Part shown: positions 22,253 through 34,070 of the stretch, one piece after another
Layout of the letters: every line of letters starts with the position of its first letter
Numbering within the stretch: the first letter of the stretch is position 1
Origin: Naegleria gruberi
Taxonomy: Eukaryota
Length of the DNA: 64,000 nt
Strand: one strand, 5' to 3'
Assembly (NCBI GenBank): GCA_000004985.1
Contig: GG738925.1
Made by a program: the position numbers and the translations under genes
Notes under the pieces: generated by a model
What the model was told of the DNA's origin: nothing
What the model saw: only the letters and a program-made list of their open reading frames with translations
Databases searched by the model: none

Positions 22253-25200
22253 ATGTCTGCATCATCGACTACTGCTGCTGATCACTCAGTAAAGAAGAGA
22301 AAAACGTCATCAAATTTTGATGGATCATTGGAAGTGTTTGAAAATGATCAGAATGAAAAGTTGATCGATGAAATTTCCGATGCATTGCATAGATTGTCCC
22401 TCCAGAAGCAAACTGAGGAAATGATCAAGAAATTGGTAGAGCAAAAGGATCAAAGTGTTCTTATTGTTGCTGGTAGTGGTGATGAGACCAGTGATAAATT
22501 GGAAACACTCCAGAAAATGCAACAGGAAGAGATGGTTGTGCTGAAAGTTGGTGGTATGTTATTGTTGTTTGATGATGATGATTTGAATAATTTCATGATT
22601 TTAATTTGATATGATGACAGGTAAATTCTTTTATACAACAATGAAAACCTTGATGGGTGAAAGAGGTAATACTCAAGTTCAAACAAAGAAAATTATTATT
22701 GCTGATAAAGTTGGTAAAGCAACTGGTGCTGGAAAGAAGGGAGGAGAAGATGAAGAAGAAATGGAAGAAGGAGGTGGTGATGAAATGGAAGATGAAGGAC
22801 CAAAAGAAGACGGTATCTCATCACTTGAATATGTTTGTGCTCAAGATAACTTGTTTAAAGTCATGTTTGATTCTGGTTTTGGTATTGAAAGAGATGAAGC
22901 AAACAAGTCTGCAATTTCATTCCCTGACAGAAATCCAGATTATTTCGAATATATTTTAGAACATTTGAGACAAGGTGGTAAAGTTAAATCTTTGGGTATT
23001 GAAAAGTTGAATGCTGACGAATTGGAAAATATTTTAGAAGAATCAAGATATTTTGCAACTGAAAAGTTATCAGAATATATATTATTCTTACTTGACAAGT
23101 ATCACAAATATGATTCAAATTTATCTAATTATGCTGAAATTGAAGAAATTTTGAATGATTCTGTACAAAATTTGAAAAAGGTTGAAATTCCACTCGAACA
23201 AATTCAACAAAGACTCAGATCATTTGAAGATTCAATCAACGAATCCAAGAAGAATGTTAGTGAATATTCCCGCAAATTGGTTGAACAATATCAAAACTTT
23301 ATTTTAGGTACTGATTCAGAAAGTGATTTATCTGTCAAGATTGATATTTCAGGTCAAATTTTCACAATTCCATTCACAAGTTTGAGAAAGTATGAGAATT
23401 TCCTCCTCTCAAAGTACATCTTATCACCAAGCTTTTGTTTAAATGAAAATGGTTGTGTATTTATTGATAGAAATCCAAAGTTATTTGCCCTTATTCATGG
23501 TTACATTATCAGTGGTGGTAAATTTAATCATTTCCCAAAGAATCTTTCACAAGAAAAGAAACTTCAATTGAAACAAGAAGCTGAATTCTATGGTTTGACA
23601 ACACTTGTTCAAGAATATCTTGATCCACTTCGTTATCCAGTTGAAAAGATTGGTAAAGATAACATTGAATTGAAAGAAACTGAAGATAAATTGAGAGAAA
23701 TCTTTGCAAAGGAAAGAGAATCACCATTGTTGAATGACCCATACCTTTTATTATCACCTCTCTTCCAAAATTTAGAAGAAATTAAGAATCAAGAAAAGTA
23801 TAGAATTGATATTGGTCACTGTCCAAAATTATTAGATTTAACAGATAAGACTAGATATTCTAGACAAGTTTCTAAACCAAGACTTGTTAATAATTTGAAT
23901 GGTTTCAAATTGAATTGGCATAGATTCACTCAAGGTGCTTTGGATGGTCTTGATTGGAATAATGTTTTTGCTGCTGGTGGTGGTATTCTTGGTTGTTGTT
24001 TGAAAGATGATAATTTTGATAATAATACTGCAGTATCAACAATTTATCCAACTTCTGTTAATGAAAGAACTGAAACAAATACTTCAAGAGCAGTATCAGT
24101 CATTGATGATGAAAATGATGAAAATGAAGCTGCTGATTTTGGTTTTTGGAGAAGATTCTCAAAAAAGGCAACAACTAAATCTACAGGTGAAGAAGGAGAG
24201 GAAGAAGAACCAAAACAAAAGCAAGAAGATGTTATTAAGTATCCAATTGGTAGATTCCACAATTTGGATTCCATGGGCAATTCATCACTGTATAGTCAGT
24301 ATAGATCTGTTTCTTATGCTTCTCGAGATCAAAGAAGAGCTCGTATCTCTGAAAAAGCAAACTCATTCTTTAACACAGAGGCAAACAAGGAAAATATTCG
24401 TTTTATACCAGATCCTAACATTCCTGCCCCATTTAAGAAATCAGATATCGATCTATTTCTGTATGCTTTGAGCGAAGAAGAAGCTGAAGAAAAGATTAAG
24501 CATATTTATCAAACTATCAAGAAGAATATGGGCAGAAGATTATTAATGAATTATGCTGGAGATAGCTTGAGCTCTAAAAGTAGATATTTTGGCAGACGTA
24601 ACAATAATAATAAGGAAGAGAAAAATACTCTCTTTGAAGATGGTATTATTAGAACTGAACAATCTACAGGTGTAAATGATGATGTTCTGGTTGTTAGAAC
24701 TAAATTTGCTGTCACATTCTATTGTTACAAACTCAGACCAATTCAAGTTGTTTTGAGAATTTACAAATCACCTGCAGAAGTTTTGTTAGGTTTTGATATT
24801 GATTGTGCAACTATGGGTTTTGATGGAAATCAAGTTTGGTCAAGTGCAAGAGCAAGAAGAGCTTTAATGTATCATACTAATCTTGTTGATGTTGATAGAC
24901 AATCTACAACTTATGAATATAGATTATACAAGTACAGTAAGAGAGGTTTCTCTGTTTCAATTCCAGGTTATGATACTGCTAAAGTTCAGAATCAATTGTT
25001 ACAATATCCACGTAGATTTCAATTCATTTCAACTGAATATTTATTGCACGGTTTAGCAAGACTTATTGGCTTTGATAATTCTTGTCGTGCCAAGGATCCA
25101 AAACATATTTTAGGTATTTATGATCGTGATTTGGATGTAGCTCAATTAAAAGAGGAAAACAAGGCCCTCATCCTTTCTGGTGAATTGAATGTCAAGTCAG

Positions 25201-26177
25201 ATTATCTTGATTTGAATGTTATCAAATCATACAAGTATCCTCCAAGCTTTATCTTTGAAACTTTGGAAAAGACACGCAATATTGTATCTATTATTAATTT
25301 AAAGACAGAAGAACCTTCAAAGCCACTGACAGCAATGACTTGGAGACAAAAACATGAGCAAAGAAGAAAGGCAAGAAAAGAATTCAGAAGAAACGAAAGT
25401 GTTAAATTTGATAGTAGATTGAAAAATAATAGTACAGATATCAAAATGGAAAGAGATCCAGATTGGAAACCTCACTTTATTTATTCTTTGAATGATATTG
25501 ATACTATTCTCAATAGTGAAAAGTTTGATTCCAGACTCTCCAAGAAACTTCAATTCCTTACAGTTGATCCAGGAACTCAGAAAATTGGTTCCTTCCATCC
25601 TAAGGATATTAACTTTTATAGAGATGCCTATCAACCAATTCCATTCACAAAATTGCCAGTTTTAAAGGAAATTAAGGCAAGAAGTATTTGGTTCAAGGCA
25701 ATGACTGAACAACCTCCACAACAAGTTCTTGACGAAAGAGAAAAACAAAAAAAGGAAAATCCAAACAAATACGGTTATTATGGCCACCATAAGGATTACA
25801 CTAAGGATCCATTCGAAGAAAGATATCAACAATTCTCAATGTCTAGACCAAATCCAAGTCCAACAACCAGATATGACAAGTGGATTCAAGAAGAAATTTG
25901 GTTTGAAACATTCACACCAGAAGAAAGCAACAAGATTGAACAAGAGTTTAGAAAGTTTATTGTTTATGGAAATCCTGAAAGTTTTGCAATTTCACCTTCT
26001 GAAATTATTGATTTCTCATATTGGAAACTATTCCACGATAGTAATCATCCAACCAATCCAAATAGTGTTATTACCTTGCATAGAAAGAGCTTTTACGAAT
26101 ATCGTGACTATCGTAATGATGACAGAGAAGAGGAAGTTGTTGGCATTGCAACACTTTCCTACAGGTCTTTCTATTAA
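22253..26177 (+). CDS. Large protein with two T1-type (KCTD/K-channel tetramerisation-like) BTB domains and an ~800-aa C-terminal region of unknown function; 2 exons
   Basis: Exon 1 is 22253..22547 and ends ...VLKVGG at a gtatgt donor. The intron is about 22548..22619 (acag acceptor). Exon 2 is 22620..26177, with the frame restored (G|GKFFYTTMK). BTB/T1 motifs are FPDRNPDYFEYILEHLRQGGKV and FIDRNPKLFALIHGYIISGGKF. The C-terminal region contains KSPAEVLLGFDIDCATMGFDGNQVW. Confidence 0.65.
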
Positions 26178-26247
26178 AATTCCCAAATTAAAGAATTTAA
26201 TCTAATATGGTTAAATAGAGATATTAAATTATCAAAACGGAACTAAT

Positions 26248-27660
26248 TTATTCGAAAACGCTTACTCTATTCAACCTCTTAAGATAAGGAAAGGCCTTTC
26301 TGCACACGCTTTTATCTAAATAAATTGAATTTGTGAAATCAATCTCACAAAGTCTTTTCATATTTCCACTTTTCATGAATTCTCTAAAACTAGACTCGGT
26401 AATGTTCGTTCTGCAGAGTTTCAAAACTTTTAAGTTTACAAGGGAGCTTTGACTCAAGTATAAAAGACCTTTGGCATAGATTTGATTTCCAGAAAAGTTA
26501 ATTTGTGTTAAATTTTCTAAATATGGAGAATTGGAAATGAATTTCATACTCAAATCAGTTATTACAAATATATTATTAGTAGAAACATAAGTAATAGATC
26601 TCAAACTGGAAGCATATGGAGAGGTCGATATTGTCGATATCCCGTCATCTGTCACCTCATTTTCTGAAACATCGAGTATGGCAAGTTTTGGAGCTATTCC
26701 ACTAAATAATTGAATAATTTCCGTATCATCAATTCCACAACAAGTCAGATTCAAGTTTGTTAAATTTGGAGCATTGTTTTGGAACCAGGATATTGAAAGA
26801 TTATTATGTGAAGCATCCAAACTTGTTAAATTAGGAAATAAATTTAAAGATATTAATTCCCAGCTCATTTTGTCGCTAATTCCACAATTGGACATGTTAA
26901 GAGTTCTCAATGAGGTCAATTTACAGACATCTCCTAATGATTTTGAGAATGGTCGATTTTCAAGGTTTAAATAAGTGAGAGATGGCATATTCCACTTGTC
27001 TATTGATTCTAATGTACTCAAATTCGTATACCCTTCCAAATTCAACGATTCAAGTGTTGACAATGTTCCGATCAGATTCAATTGAGCTGCTTCAATATTA
27101 CAACATGATAAATTCAATGATTTCAATCCAGTTGGACCAAATTTAACAAAATTATAATACCAATTATTAGAAATATGAAGACCACTCAAATTCAACCTTG
27201 TCAAATGTTTCAATTCGGCAATATTCGTATAAATATCATTCGTTATTTGACTATTATTTCTCAAACTCAAACTAGTCAATTGCTTCAACGAACAAACTTC
27301 CTCCAAATCTTTCAACCCCAACCTTCCAATAACTATATGCAAACTAGTAAGTTTCGTCCAATTATTTTCCACAAACAATCCCTTCACTCCATCATTTACA
27401 TTTTTCAAAGTCAAACTCTGAATATTACGAAACGATCCACCACTCGCACACTCATAGATTGCCTTCTTTTGATTGATCGATGGGATTAGTTTAAAATCCA
27501 ACACGAGAGAGCGAACATTCTCGCTCACCCATTCGTAAAAGTTTCGGCAGAGGAGTGAGATGGATTTTTTCAAGGTTTTTGTATCGAGAAATAAAAAGAT
27601 GTGATGATGGAATAGTTCGGGTGGGAGTAGCAGGTGATTTGCTGGTTCGTGTGTTGTCAT
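26248..27660 (-). CDS. F-box / leucine-rich-repeat protein
   Basis: The N-terminal F-box is LLPPELFHHHIFLFLDTKTLKKSISLLCRNF. It is followed by about 14 LRRs (LxxLxLxxCxxITD-like: LTSLDASHNNLS, LTNLNLTCCGIDDTE, etc.). Confidence 0.75.
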   Translation of the reverse strand: MTTHEPANHLLLPPELFHHHIFLFLDTKTLKKSISLLCRNFYEWVSENVRSLVLDFKLIPSINQKKAIYECASGGSFRNIQSLTLKNVNDGVKGLFVENNWTKLTSLHIVIGRLGLKDLEEVCSLKQLTSLSLRNNSQITNDIYTNIAELKHLTRLNLSGLHISNNWYYNFVKFGPTGLKSLNLSCCNIEAAQLNLIGTLSTLESLNLEGYTNLSTLESIDKWNMPSLTYLNLENRPFSKSLGDVCKLTSLRTLNMSNCGISDKMSWELISLNLFPNLTSLDASHNNLSISWFQNNAPNLTNLNLTCCGIDDTEIIQLFSGIAPKLAILDVSENEVTDDGISTISTSPYASSLRSITYVSTNNIFVITDLSMKFISNSPYLENLTQINFSGNQIYAKGLLYLSQSSLVNLKVLKLCRTNITESSFREFMKSGNMKRLCEIDFTNSIYLDKSVCRKAFPYLKRLNRVSVFE

Positions 27661-27802
27661 TTTTTTTTGTAAAGTTTTTGTGAGGTGTTTAGTCTTGTTT
27701 CGTCCAAGATCAAAATTGAAAAAAACACAATTTCCAATGTAATCAAATGAAATTGTTTATTTGATTTTCATATTGTCATGTAATATCACCCTTTCGAATA
27801 AT

Positions 27803-28084
27803 TTACAACATATCATTCATCTTCTTTCCAGGACTAATCTCATTAACAGTCAATCCACCTTGAGGATTTTCAATAACCTTCAAATGAATGTACTCCTCAT
27901 CGCCTACCTTAATTTTCATCTTGTGCAAAATTCCATTTACAACCTGAGTAGTATGTTCAATGAGTTCAAAGTTCTTGTAGGTCATGCTAGTTTGCTTCTC
28001 GACCATTGGTTTGACAATGAAGGCCATTTGAGAGGCTTCCATGGTTGGGGTGTGATGCTTGTTGTGTTGTCCTACTTCGATCAT
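27803..28084 (-). CDS. Stefin (cystatin family 1) cysteine-protease inhibitor
   Basis: ...IVKPMVEKQTSMTYKNFELIEHTTQVVNGILHKMKIKVGDEEYIHLKVIENPQGG... aligns with stefin A/B ([54 protein letters not shown]). The QVVxG inhibitory loop is present as QVVNG. Confidence 0.7.
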   Translation of the reverse strand: MIEVGQHNKHHTPTMEASQMAFIVKPMVEKQTSMTYKNFELIEHTTQVVNGILHKMKIKVGDEEYIHLKVIENPQGGLTVNEISPGKKMNDML

Positions 28085-28438
28085 TTTCAGAATCTGTTGT
28101 TGTGTTTCTTGTATATATGTATTCGAAACTTGTGTTTTTTTTTTGATTGTGGAAAGGGATGAATGAGTGCAGGTTATTTATTGTAGATTTTGGTATATTC
28201 CTGATTGGGTCTACCTTTTTAACTCTCAAATCGTTCCAGAATTGTTCTTTGTAAAGTCACAAGATCAGTTTACAATAACAATAATATCTGAAAAGATTTT
28301 TTATAATATAGAATACAAACTCATCACCATTATCCTTTTTTCAAAAACATTTCAATTAATTGTTAAGGTATATTAAGATAAATAAGAAAACAAAATAATA
28401 CTTGAATAAATAATTTATTGTGCGCGCAGTGAGGGATT

Positions 28439-29914
28439 TTAATGGAAAGAAGCAAAGACGGTGGTATTGGTGGAGAAACCATTAGAAACGAGGAGATTTT
28501 CAATGGAGGAATCAAACCATTCTCTACCATATTGGAGATCTGGGCAACCAGACAAGAACATGAAAATCAAAGGAATGATAGACAATGTTAAAGTAGCATT
28601 CAATACAAACTTTAACACTGGATACTTCTTTCTGATACTTCTATCAGTGAGGAAGAAGAATGAAATAAACCATGGAACGAAGAAGAAGAAGAAAAGAAGC
28701 CAATTGACCCAAATGTGAGGTGGGAATGGAATCAAATAGTAACCTTCACTGAATTTGAAGTAAACTAAAATTTCAGTAAAGATGATACCAATAGCAATCC
28801 ATGTGTTGGCACCAATTCTCTTAGTGTTTGGATCACTGATAAATTGGTAATATTCCCTAATGGCAGGCATACCAAGACAGAACCAAATCAAGAGACGGTA
28901 AATGTTAAGCTTGTTTGGTGGTGGAACCCAGAGGACATACTTGAGGAAGAAGGCATTAAGGTCAACAATGTTCATGGCCAAAATAATCAGACAAAAGTAT
29001 AAAAAGTGTTTAGCATCATCAAAGATATGCCAGTTATAGGATGTCCAGTTGAATGGGGTGAATTGTTGAACAATTCTCTTGATTTTTCCAGATGTAGTAT
29101 CAATCTTGGTGACACCAATCCACAATGGATATTTTCTCATCTTTAAATAATCACAAATCCACAATCCGATAATAATACCAAGATTATTACAAATCAAAAC
29201 ATCGAGGACAATGTGATCCCACCAACATTCTTTAAAGTTTGGCAACCAGTGTTGGAAGGTAATTTCCATAATTTCAAAGAACAAGGAAAGACACCAACAA
29301 AGCTTCAAATCACGGAAAAGCAAAGCCTTAGCAATATATCCTAGAATGTGAGCTAAAATGAATTCATCATAAACAGTATCATAAACATTCTTGAAATAAG
29401 ATATTGGATCATCAGGAGTGTAAATGGCACAACTATTTGCATAGTCTCTTTCTGGAAGTGGTTGACCCAATGATGGATCCAAATATTTCATGAATTGTCT
29501 GGCATCATCTTTAGTTTGGAACATTAAGAACACTAAAAAGAGAAGATAAACAATTCCGATACCAGTGATAAGCCTCCAAAAAGCTGGATGAGGTCTCATA
29601 AGTATACTATCACGTAATTGAACAACACAATAAACCAAGAATAATCCAACCATTCCCATTATTCCTCTCTTTACATTTTGTTCCGTACTTATAGCATCAT
29701 GACGAATGAAAGAGTAATAAAACATTACAGCAAATGAAGCCACAAGAATAGTAATAGTGTGTGGTTTGTAAAAGGCATCAATAAATTCTTCCTTTGGTGT
29801 TTTTTCTCCACTAGGCAAATTATCTGCACTCACACTTGTAGTCAAAGTTGATGAAGGACTACTCGTATCAAGGTCGGGAATGTTCTTCCTCTTTCGAAGT
29901 TCCTGTGTAGTCAT
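28439..29914 (-). CDS. Phosphatidylserine synthase, base-exchange type (PTDSS1/2 family), multi-pass membrane protein
   Basis: 491 aa with about 8-10 TM segments. PTDSS-family blocks are HPAFWRLITGIGIVYL, FQHWLPNFKECWWDHIVLDVLICNNLGIIIGL and YNWHIFDDAKHF. Confidence 0.7.
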   Translation of the reverse strand: MTTQELRKRKNIPDLDTSSPSSTLTTSVSADNLPSGEKTPKEEFIDAFYKPHTITILVASFAVMFYYSFIRHDAISTEQNVKRGIMGMVGLFLVYCVVQLRDSILMRPHPAFWRLITGIGIVYLLFLVFLMFQTKDDARQFMKYLDPSLGQPLPERDYANSCAIYTPDDPISYFKNVYDTVYDEFILAHILGYIAKALLFRDLKLCWCLSLFFEIMEITFQHWLPNFKECWWDHIVLDVLICNNLGIIIGLWICDYLKMRKYPLWIGVTKIDTTSGKIKRIVQQFTPFNWTSYNWHIFDDAKHFLYFCLIILAMNIVDLNAFFLKYVLWVPPPNKLNIYRLLIWFCLGMPAIREYYQFISDPNTKRIGANTWIAIGIIFTEILVYFKFSEGYYLIPFPPHIWVNWLLFFFFFVPWFISFFFLTDRSIRKKYPVLKFVLNATLTLSIIPLIFMFLSGCPDLQYGREWFDSSIENLLVSNGFSTNTTVFASFH

Positions 29915-30743
29915 ATTTTCTCAGGGAACAAATTAATCTTCTATACAAATTTAAAATCCTAGGATGATTCTTGTTATCTAGTACTGCTTTGTTTGCCAAG
30001 ATATATTCTTCTTTGTTATGATATTATTATTAAAATCTCGTTTCCGCCAACACAAAACTTGGTACTGTGATGAATGTTAAAATCCTCTGCTTCTACGAAC
30101 GGACACAATTTTTTTCTGTTGTTCTCAAAAGCAAATTCGTTGTGGAGCAAAAATTCCCTCCAAAAAATTATAGTTCTTTCCCGCCTCTCAAAAAGTTAAT
30201 GAGGATAACAGAAGCAAGATTTTGAAGAGGAAATAAGAAAATTAAGAACACAACTTCGGAATGAATTGAAGTTATTTTCTTTGAGATAATATTAATATAA
30301 TAAATCTGATATCAGAGGTTTAAATGATGGCCATCATAAAGGCATCAAAAAAAGTGGTCCAATTAGAAGTCATTAAGAGAGGTGAACAAATGAACATGAA
30401 CGAAATTTACGTAAATTTCCTATCTATTATTAAAAATTATTTTGAAGTTGTTGTAATATGATAATACTCCAATACAAATAATTCGAATTAACGTTGAAGA
30501 TAAATATTGATGGTTCAAAGCTACGGAATTTTAGACCAGAAAAGAGAATCTTCCATTTTCAATGGAAAAGTAGTCGTTGAAGTGTTTTTGATAATACGAG
30601 GGCATTGAAGAATTACAAAATTTGCATTGAAAAGGAATTTAATATTTTGTAAACTACATTGAATTGATATTCAACAATAGCAATTAAGGAATTATTCCAA
30701 ATATTGTAAAATATTTGAATTAAAAATTAGAAATTAAAAAAAA

Positions 30744-31274
30744 ATGCAAAAATCATCAGTTGCCAAATTTTGTGTTGGCATGGTCACTTCTCCAGTACAA
30801 AAAGCCGAATTTATTGCTCAAGCCTTGCTGAAGGATAAGCTCGTAGCCTGTGTAAATATTGTTCCACAGGTGAAGAGTATGTATTGGTGGGAAGATAAAA
30901 TTTGTACCGATGAAGAGGCATTGTTAATTTTGAAAACTCAGGTTGATCTGAAATCACAAGTTGTGGATTGTGTAAAAAAGAATCATGAATATAAAGTGCC
31001 AGAGGTGATTTTTATGGATATTATGGATGGGAATGAAGATTATTTGGATTGGATTAGAAAATCAACAATTATCGGAAAGAAGTTGGAAATACAAAATTCA
31101 TCTACAAATGAAAATACTATAATTGATAAACCTGCTGCTGTATCTTCCACGTTTAAATGTACTAAATGCCAGAGCACTCAGTGTACTTATTACCAATTGC
31201 AAACTAGATCATCTGATGAACCTATGACAACTTTTATTACTTGCCTAAATTGTGGAAATAGATGGAAACAATAA
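30744..31274 (+). CDS. CutA1 divalent-cation-tolerance domain fused in frame to a C-terminal TFIIS-type zinc ribbon
   Basis: Residues 1-110 are CutA ([40 protein letters not shown]...[24 protein letters not shown]). Residues about 137-176 are [40 protein letters not shown]. This matches the TFIIS domain III ribbon ([35 protein letters not shown]) nearly residue-for-residue. There is no stop or convincing intron signal between the two parts. Confidence 0.7.
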   Translation: MQKSSVAKFCVGMVTSPVQKAEFIAQALLKDKLVACVNIVPQVKSMYWWEDKICTDEEALLILKTQVDLKSQVVDCVKKNHEYKVPEVIFMDIMDGNEDYLDWIRKSTIIGKKLEIQNSSTNENTIIDKPAAVSSTFKCTKCQSTQCTYYQLQTRSSDEPMTTFITCLNCGNRWKQ

Positions 31275-31338
31275 TTTTATTATAATTAAATAATATTGGA
31301 AAACAACAATTTAACAGGATGTAACAAAATTGGCTAGG

Positions 31339-32403
31339 TTAAATTTCTTTGAAATCTTGCCAATCTTGATCTTCACTTTCAGTAACGAATTGATAAAAGA
31401 TTCTTTTGCCAATATTAATTATTAAAAGTCTTTTCGGATCTGGATTATTTTCGAGTTCATAATTGAGGATTTGGTACTGAGCTTCTTGGAATATCATGGA
31501 TATAGGTTCGAAATAGTAAGTCTGTGGAGTATACCCTCTCACATACTCAACAGGGAATGGAAGTTTTTGGTTCTTGTAAACACTGGCCAATCTAGCAACT
31601 GACCATTTTTGCAAAATATCAGAGAGGGAAGTATTATCCACAACTTTTAACATCTGATCAAGTGGACTCTTATTTTCTCTCCTCTGGAATAGTATTCTCT
31701 CACCAAGAGTTTCACTCTCAATGCCACTAAATCTCTCTTTGGAGAATGAAACATATCCAATGTGAATATGCTTAAATTCAACAATGGTATTCAAACATTC
31801 GATAAATAAATCAACATAGCCATTTCTATTTGTTTCAATATTGAGAGCTAATTTTTCTGTAGAGGATGGTGAGCTTCTTAATTGTTTATCCATAAAGGTT
31901 GGATGATTTTTCAAAATTCTATTCAATTCATAATTGAGCATGAATTTCAAAGATGATTCTCTAAATTCTGCAAAATCTCTCGTATGGAGAGTGTCTATTC
32001 CATTCAATTTAATAATTTGTAAAGCTTGTCGTATAACTAACTCTGTTTCGTCCAATTCAATTCGTTCATTTAAATAAATATTCACACGATCCACAGTGAT
32101 TATTCTATTATTCGATTCATTTCCCTCATCACATGGCGTATCTAAAATTTCAATTTTTAAATAATTTTTAATTTCCTTCTGATTAATATTATTCATTTTC
32201 CTATTCAAATATTCGACAATATCCGCTCCTCTTGTTTCCATCATGAAATTCAAATAATCATCATCCGATTTGATCAGAGCACAATATTGATTAGATATTA
32301 TTTGCAAGATAACCTTCTCATTAAATAAATTACACAATAGCATTTTGCACTCCGAACCATTTCTTTGAATCGCAAAATCCTGCCCCTCATCATTCGAAAG
32401 CAT
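31339..32403 (-). CDS. Hypothetical 354-aa protein; its start codon abuts the retrotransposon insertion site
   Basis: Uninterrupted minus ORF; I recognise no family. The ATG (plus-strand cat 32401..32403) overlaps the 5' target-site duplication of the LINE. Confidence 0.5.
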   Translation of the reverse strand: MLSNDEGQDFAIQRNGSECKMLLCNLFNEKVILQIISNQYCALIKSDDDYLNFMMETRGADIVEYLNRKMNNINQKEIKNYLKIEILDTPCDEGNESNNRIITVDRVNIYLNERIELDETELVIRQALQIIKLNGIDTLHTRDFAEFRESSLKFMLNYELNRILKNHPTFMDKQLRSSPSSTEKLALNIETNRNGYVDLFIECLNTIVEFKHIHIGYVSFSKERFSGIESETLGERILFQRRENKSPLDQMLKVVDNTSLSDILQKWSVARLASVYKNQKLPFPVEYVRGYTPQTYYFEPISMIFQEAQYQILNYELENNPDPKRLLIINIGKRIFYQFVTESEDQDWQDFKEI

Positions 32404-32417
32404 TTTTTTCTGATTTC
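32402..32417. repeat. Target-site duplication (5' copy) of the LINE insertion
   Basis: atttttttctgatttc is identical to 37829..37844. Confidence 0.8.
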
Positions 32418-32834
32418 GACTTTTAAAAAAATGCCTTTACATGACCGCCCTCCTGATCCAATAAATTGTCTGCAGCTGACTAACAGGATTCTTGTGTTAG
32501 AACAAGCAGTCGATTCATATCGGATTGAAAATATTCGTCTTCAAAAATACATGGAAACTATGCAAAAGATTTACGACAAAATAATGTTTAATCCGAGTTT
32601 GTACAAGACAAAGATGTAAAGGTTAAAGTTGATAATATTAATCAAGAAGATACTTCTACCACTAACATTTCTACTGATTCATTTAAAAAACCTACTTCAG
32701 AAATCCAAAATATTAAGTCAACTCCCCAAAATAGAAATCAACAAATTCATTCCATTACTAGTAATATTAAACCAAAATATGAATGTAGTAAGAACCCTAT
32801 TGAGCAAAATACCAAACTACAACTTACTCCATAT

Positions 32835-34070
32835 TTGGATATGGTGAAGTATCACCCTATAAAAGCTCAACCAAGTATCAAACAAACTATAGCAAAACAA
32901 ATCAAAATGAAACGCTCAATTTCATTCTATGGTAAAAAACCAGTCAAGCAAAATAAGAAATTCGATTTGACACATTCACTTAATATTATCTGCTATGAAA
33001 GAATTAATAACAAATTCATGGAACAAATAATGGACATCTTTGGGGAATTTGCCACCATTAAAATAAGACCCCAAACTAGTAATGTCATTAATCTTCATTG
33101 CAATAGTAATGACAATTATATTCTTTGCAAAGATATGCTTGATAGTGTACACAATGATTTAATATTGAAATTCTTCCCATCACCTGCTGTATTCGAGCAT
33201 AGCTTGTACGCTCTAACTCACTCTACACACATATATTCACAACACATTGATATGATTAAATCACTAATCAAACACTCAGTTAATAACGATAATACTATAC
33301 TTATCTCCCAAATGTATACAAACCAATCACATGGTAAATATATAATTAGAGTTTCATACGAAAACGAAGATGTGTGCGAAGTTATTAGAAAGAAGCTTAA
33401 TTTAACTAATTACAAATCTGTTGAACAATTGCGTAATGAAACTCCTACTAATGTTTCAGAATGTTTATTTCCACCTACCTTTACAAACAAGGAAATCATC
33501 GATGGTGTTACTCGTGCATACGAACGCATTAAAAAAGATTTCAATACTAACCAATGCATGATAACTGAATCCAAAAACAAATCCAATACCACTACCTTTA
33601 AATTATGTAAAGTCGTCCATTCAAATATTGACGAAATGAATCTATTTATTGACAAGAAAATTGTTCTCAATACCAAACAAAACATTACTGATGGAACCAG
33701 TTACTGTTTCGTACCATCTATTAAACAATTAGATGAAATAATTGAAAGAAAACAAAAACAATATCCATTTCTAACTAACTCTAAATTACCGGAAGTAACT
33801 AATCCTATGATCAATCCTATACAATCTAACGATAATACCAGTTCAACCACTAATTCTGTAGTTACTCCTACTATTAATACAACAACCAATCTATTTGAAA
33901 CTAGACTATCTAATATTGAAACTGAACTGCGTGATTTTAAGAAAGCATTAGCTGATACAATGGAACTTATTGACAAAATCTCCCATTATATAAATAATAG
34001 TACTAATAATTCTATTATGCAAGATGATGAAGAATCAAAAAGCTCATCATCTTGTACTCTTTCTAAATGA
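32835..34070 (+). CDS. LINE ORF1 protein (Gag-like, coiled-coil near C-terminus)
   Basis: 411-aa ORF. Its open frame extends upstream without an ATG to about 32594 and overlaps the short upstream ORF in another frame. The C-terminal region has heptad-like LFETRLSNIETELRDFKKALADTMELIDKI. Confidence 0.6.
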   Translation: MDMVKYHPIKAQPSIKQTIAKQIKMKRSISFYGKKPVKQNKKFDLTHSLNIICYERINNKFMEQIMDIFGEFATIKIRPQTSNVINLHCNSNDNYILCKDMLDSVHNDLILKFFPSPAVFEHSLYALTHSTHIYSQHIDMIKSLIKHSVNNDNTILISQMYTNQSHGKYIIRVSYENEDVCEVIRKKLNLTNYKSVEQLRNETPTNVSECLFPPTFTNKEIIDGVTRAYERIKKDFNTNQCMITESKNKSNTTTFKLCKVVHSNIDEMNLFIDKKIVLNTKQNITDGTSYCFVPSIKQLDEIIERKQKQYPFLTNSKLPEVTNPMINPIQSNDNTSSTTNSVVTPTINTTTNLFETRLSNIETELRDFKKALADTMELIDKISHYINNSTNNSIMQDDEESKSSSSCTLSK

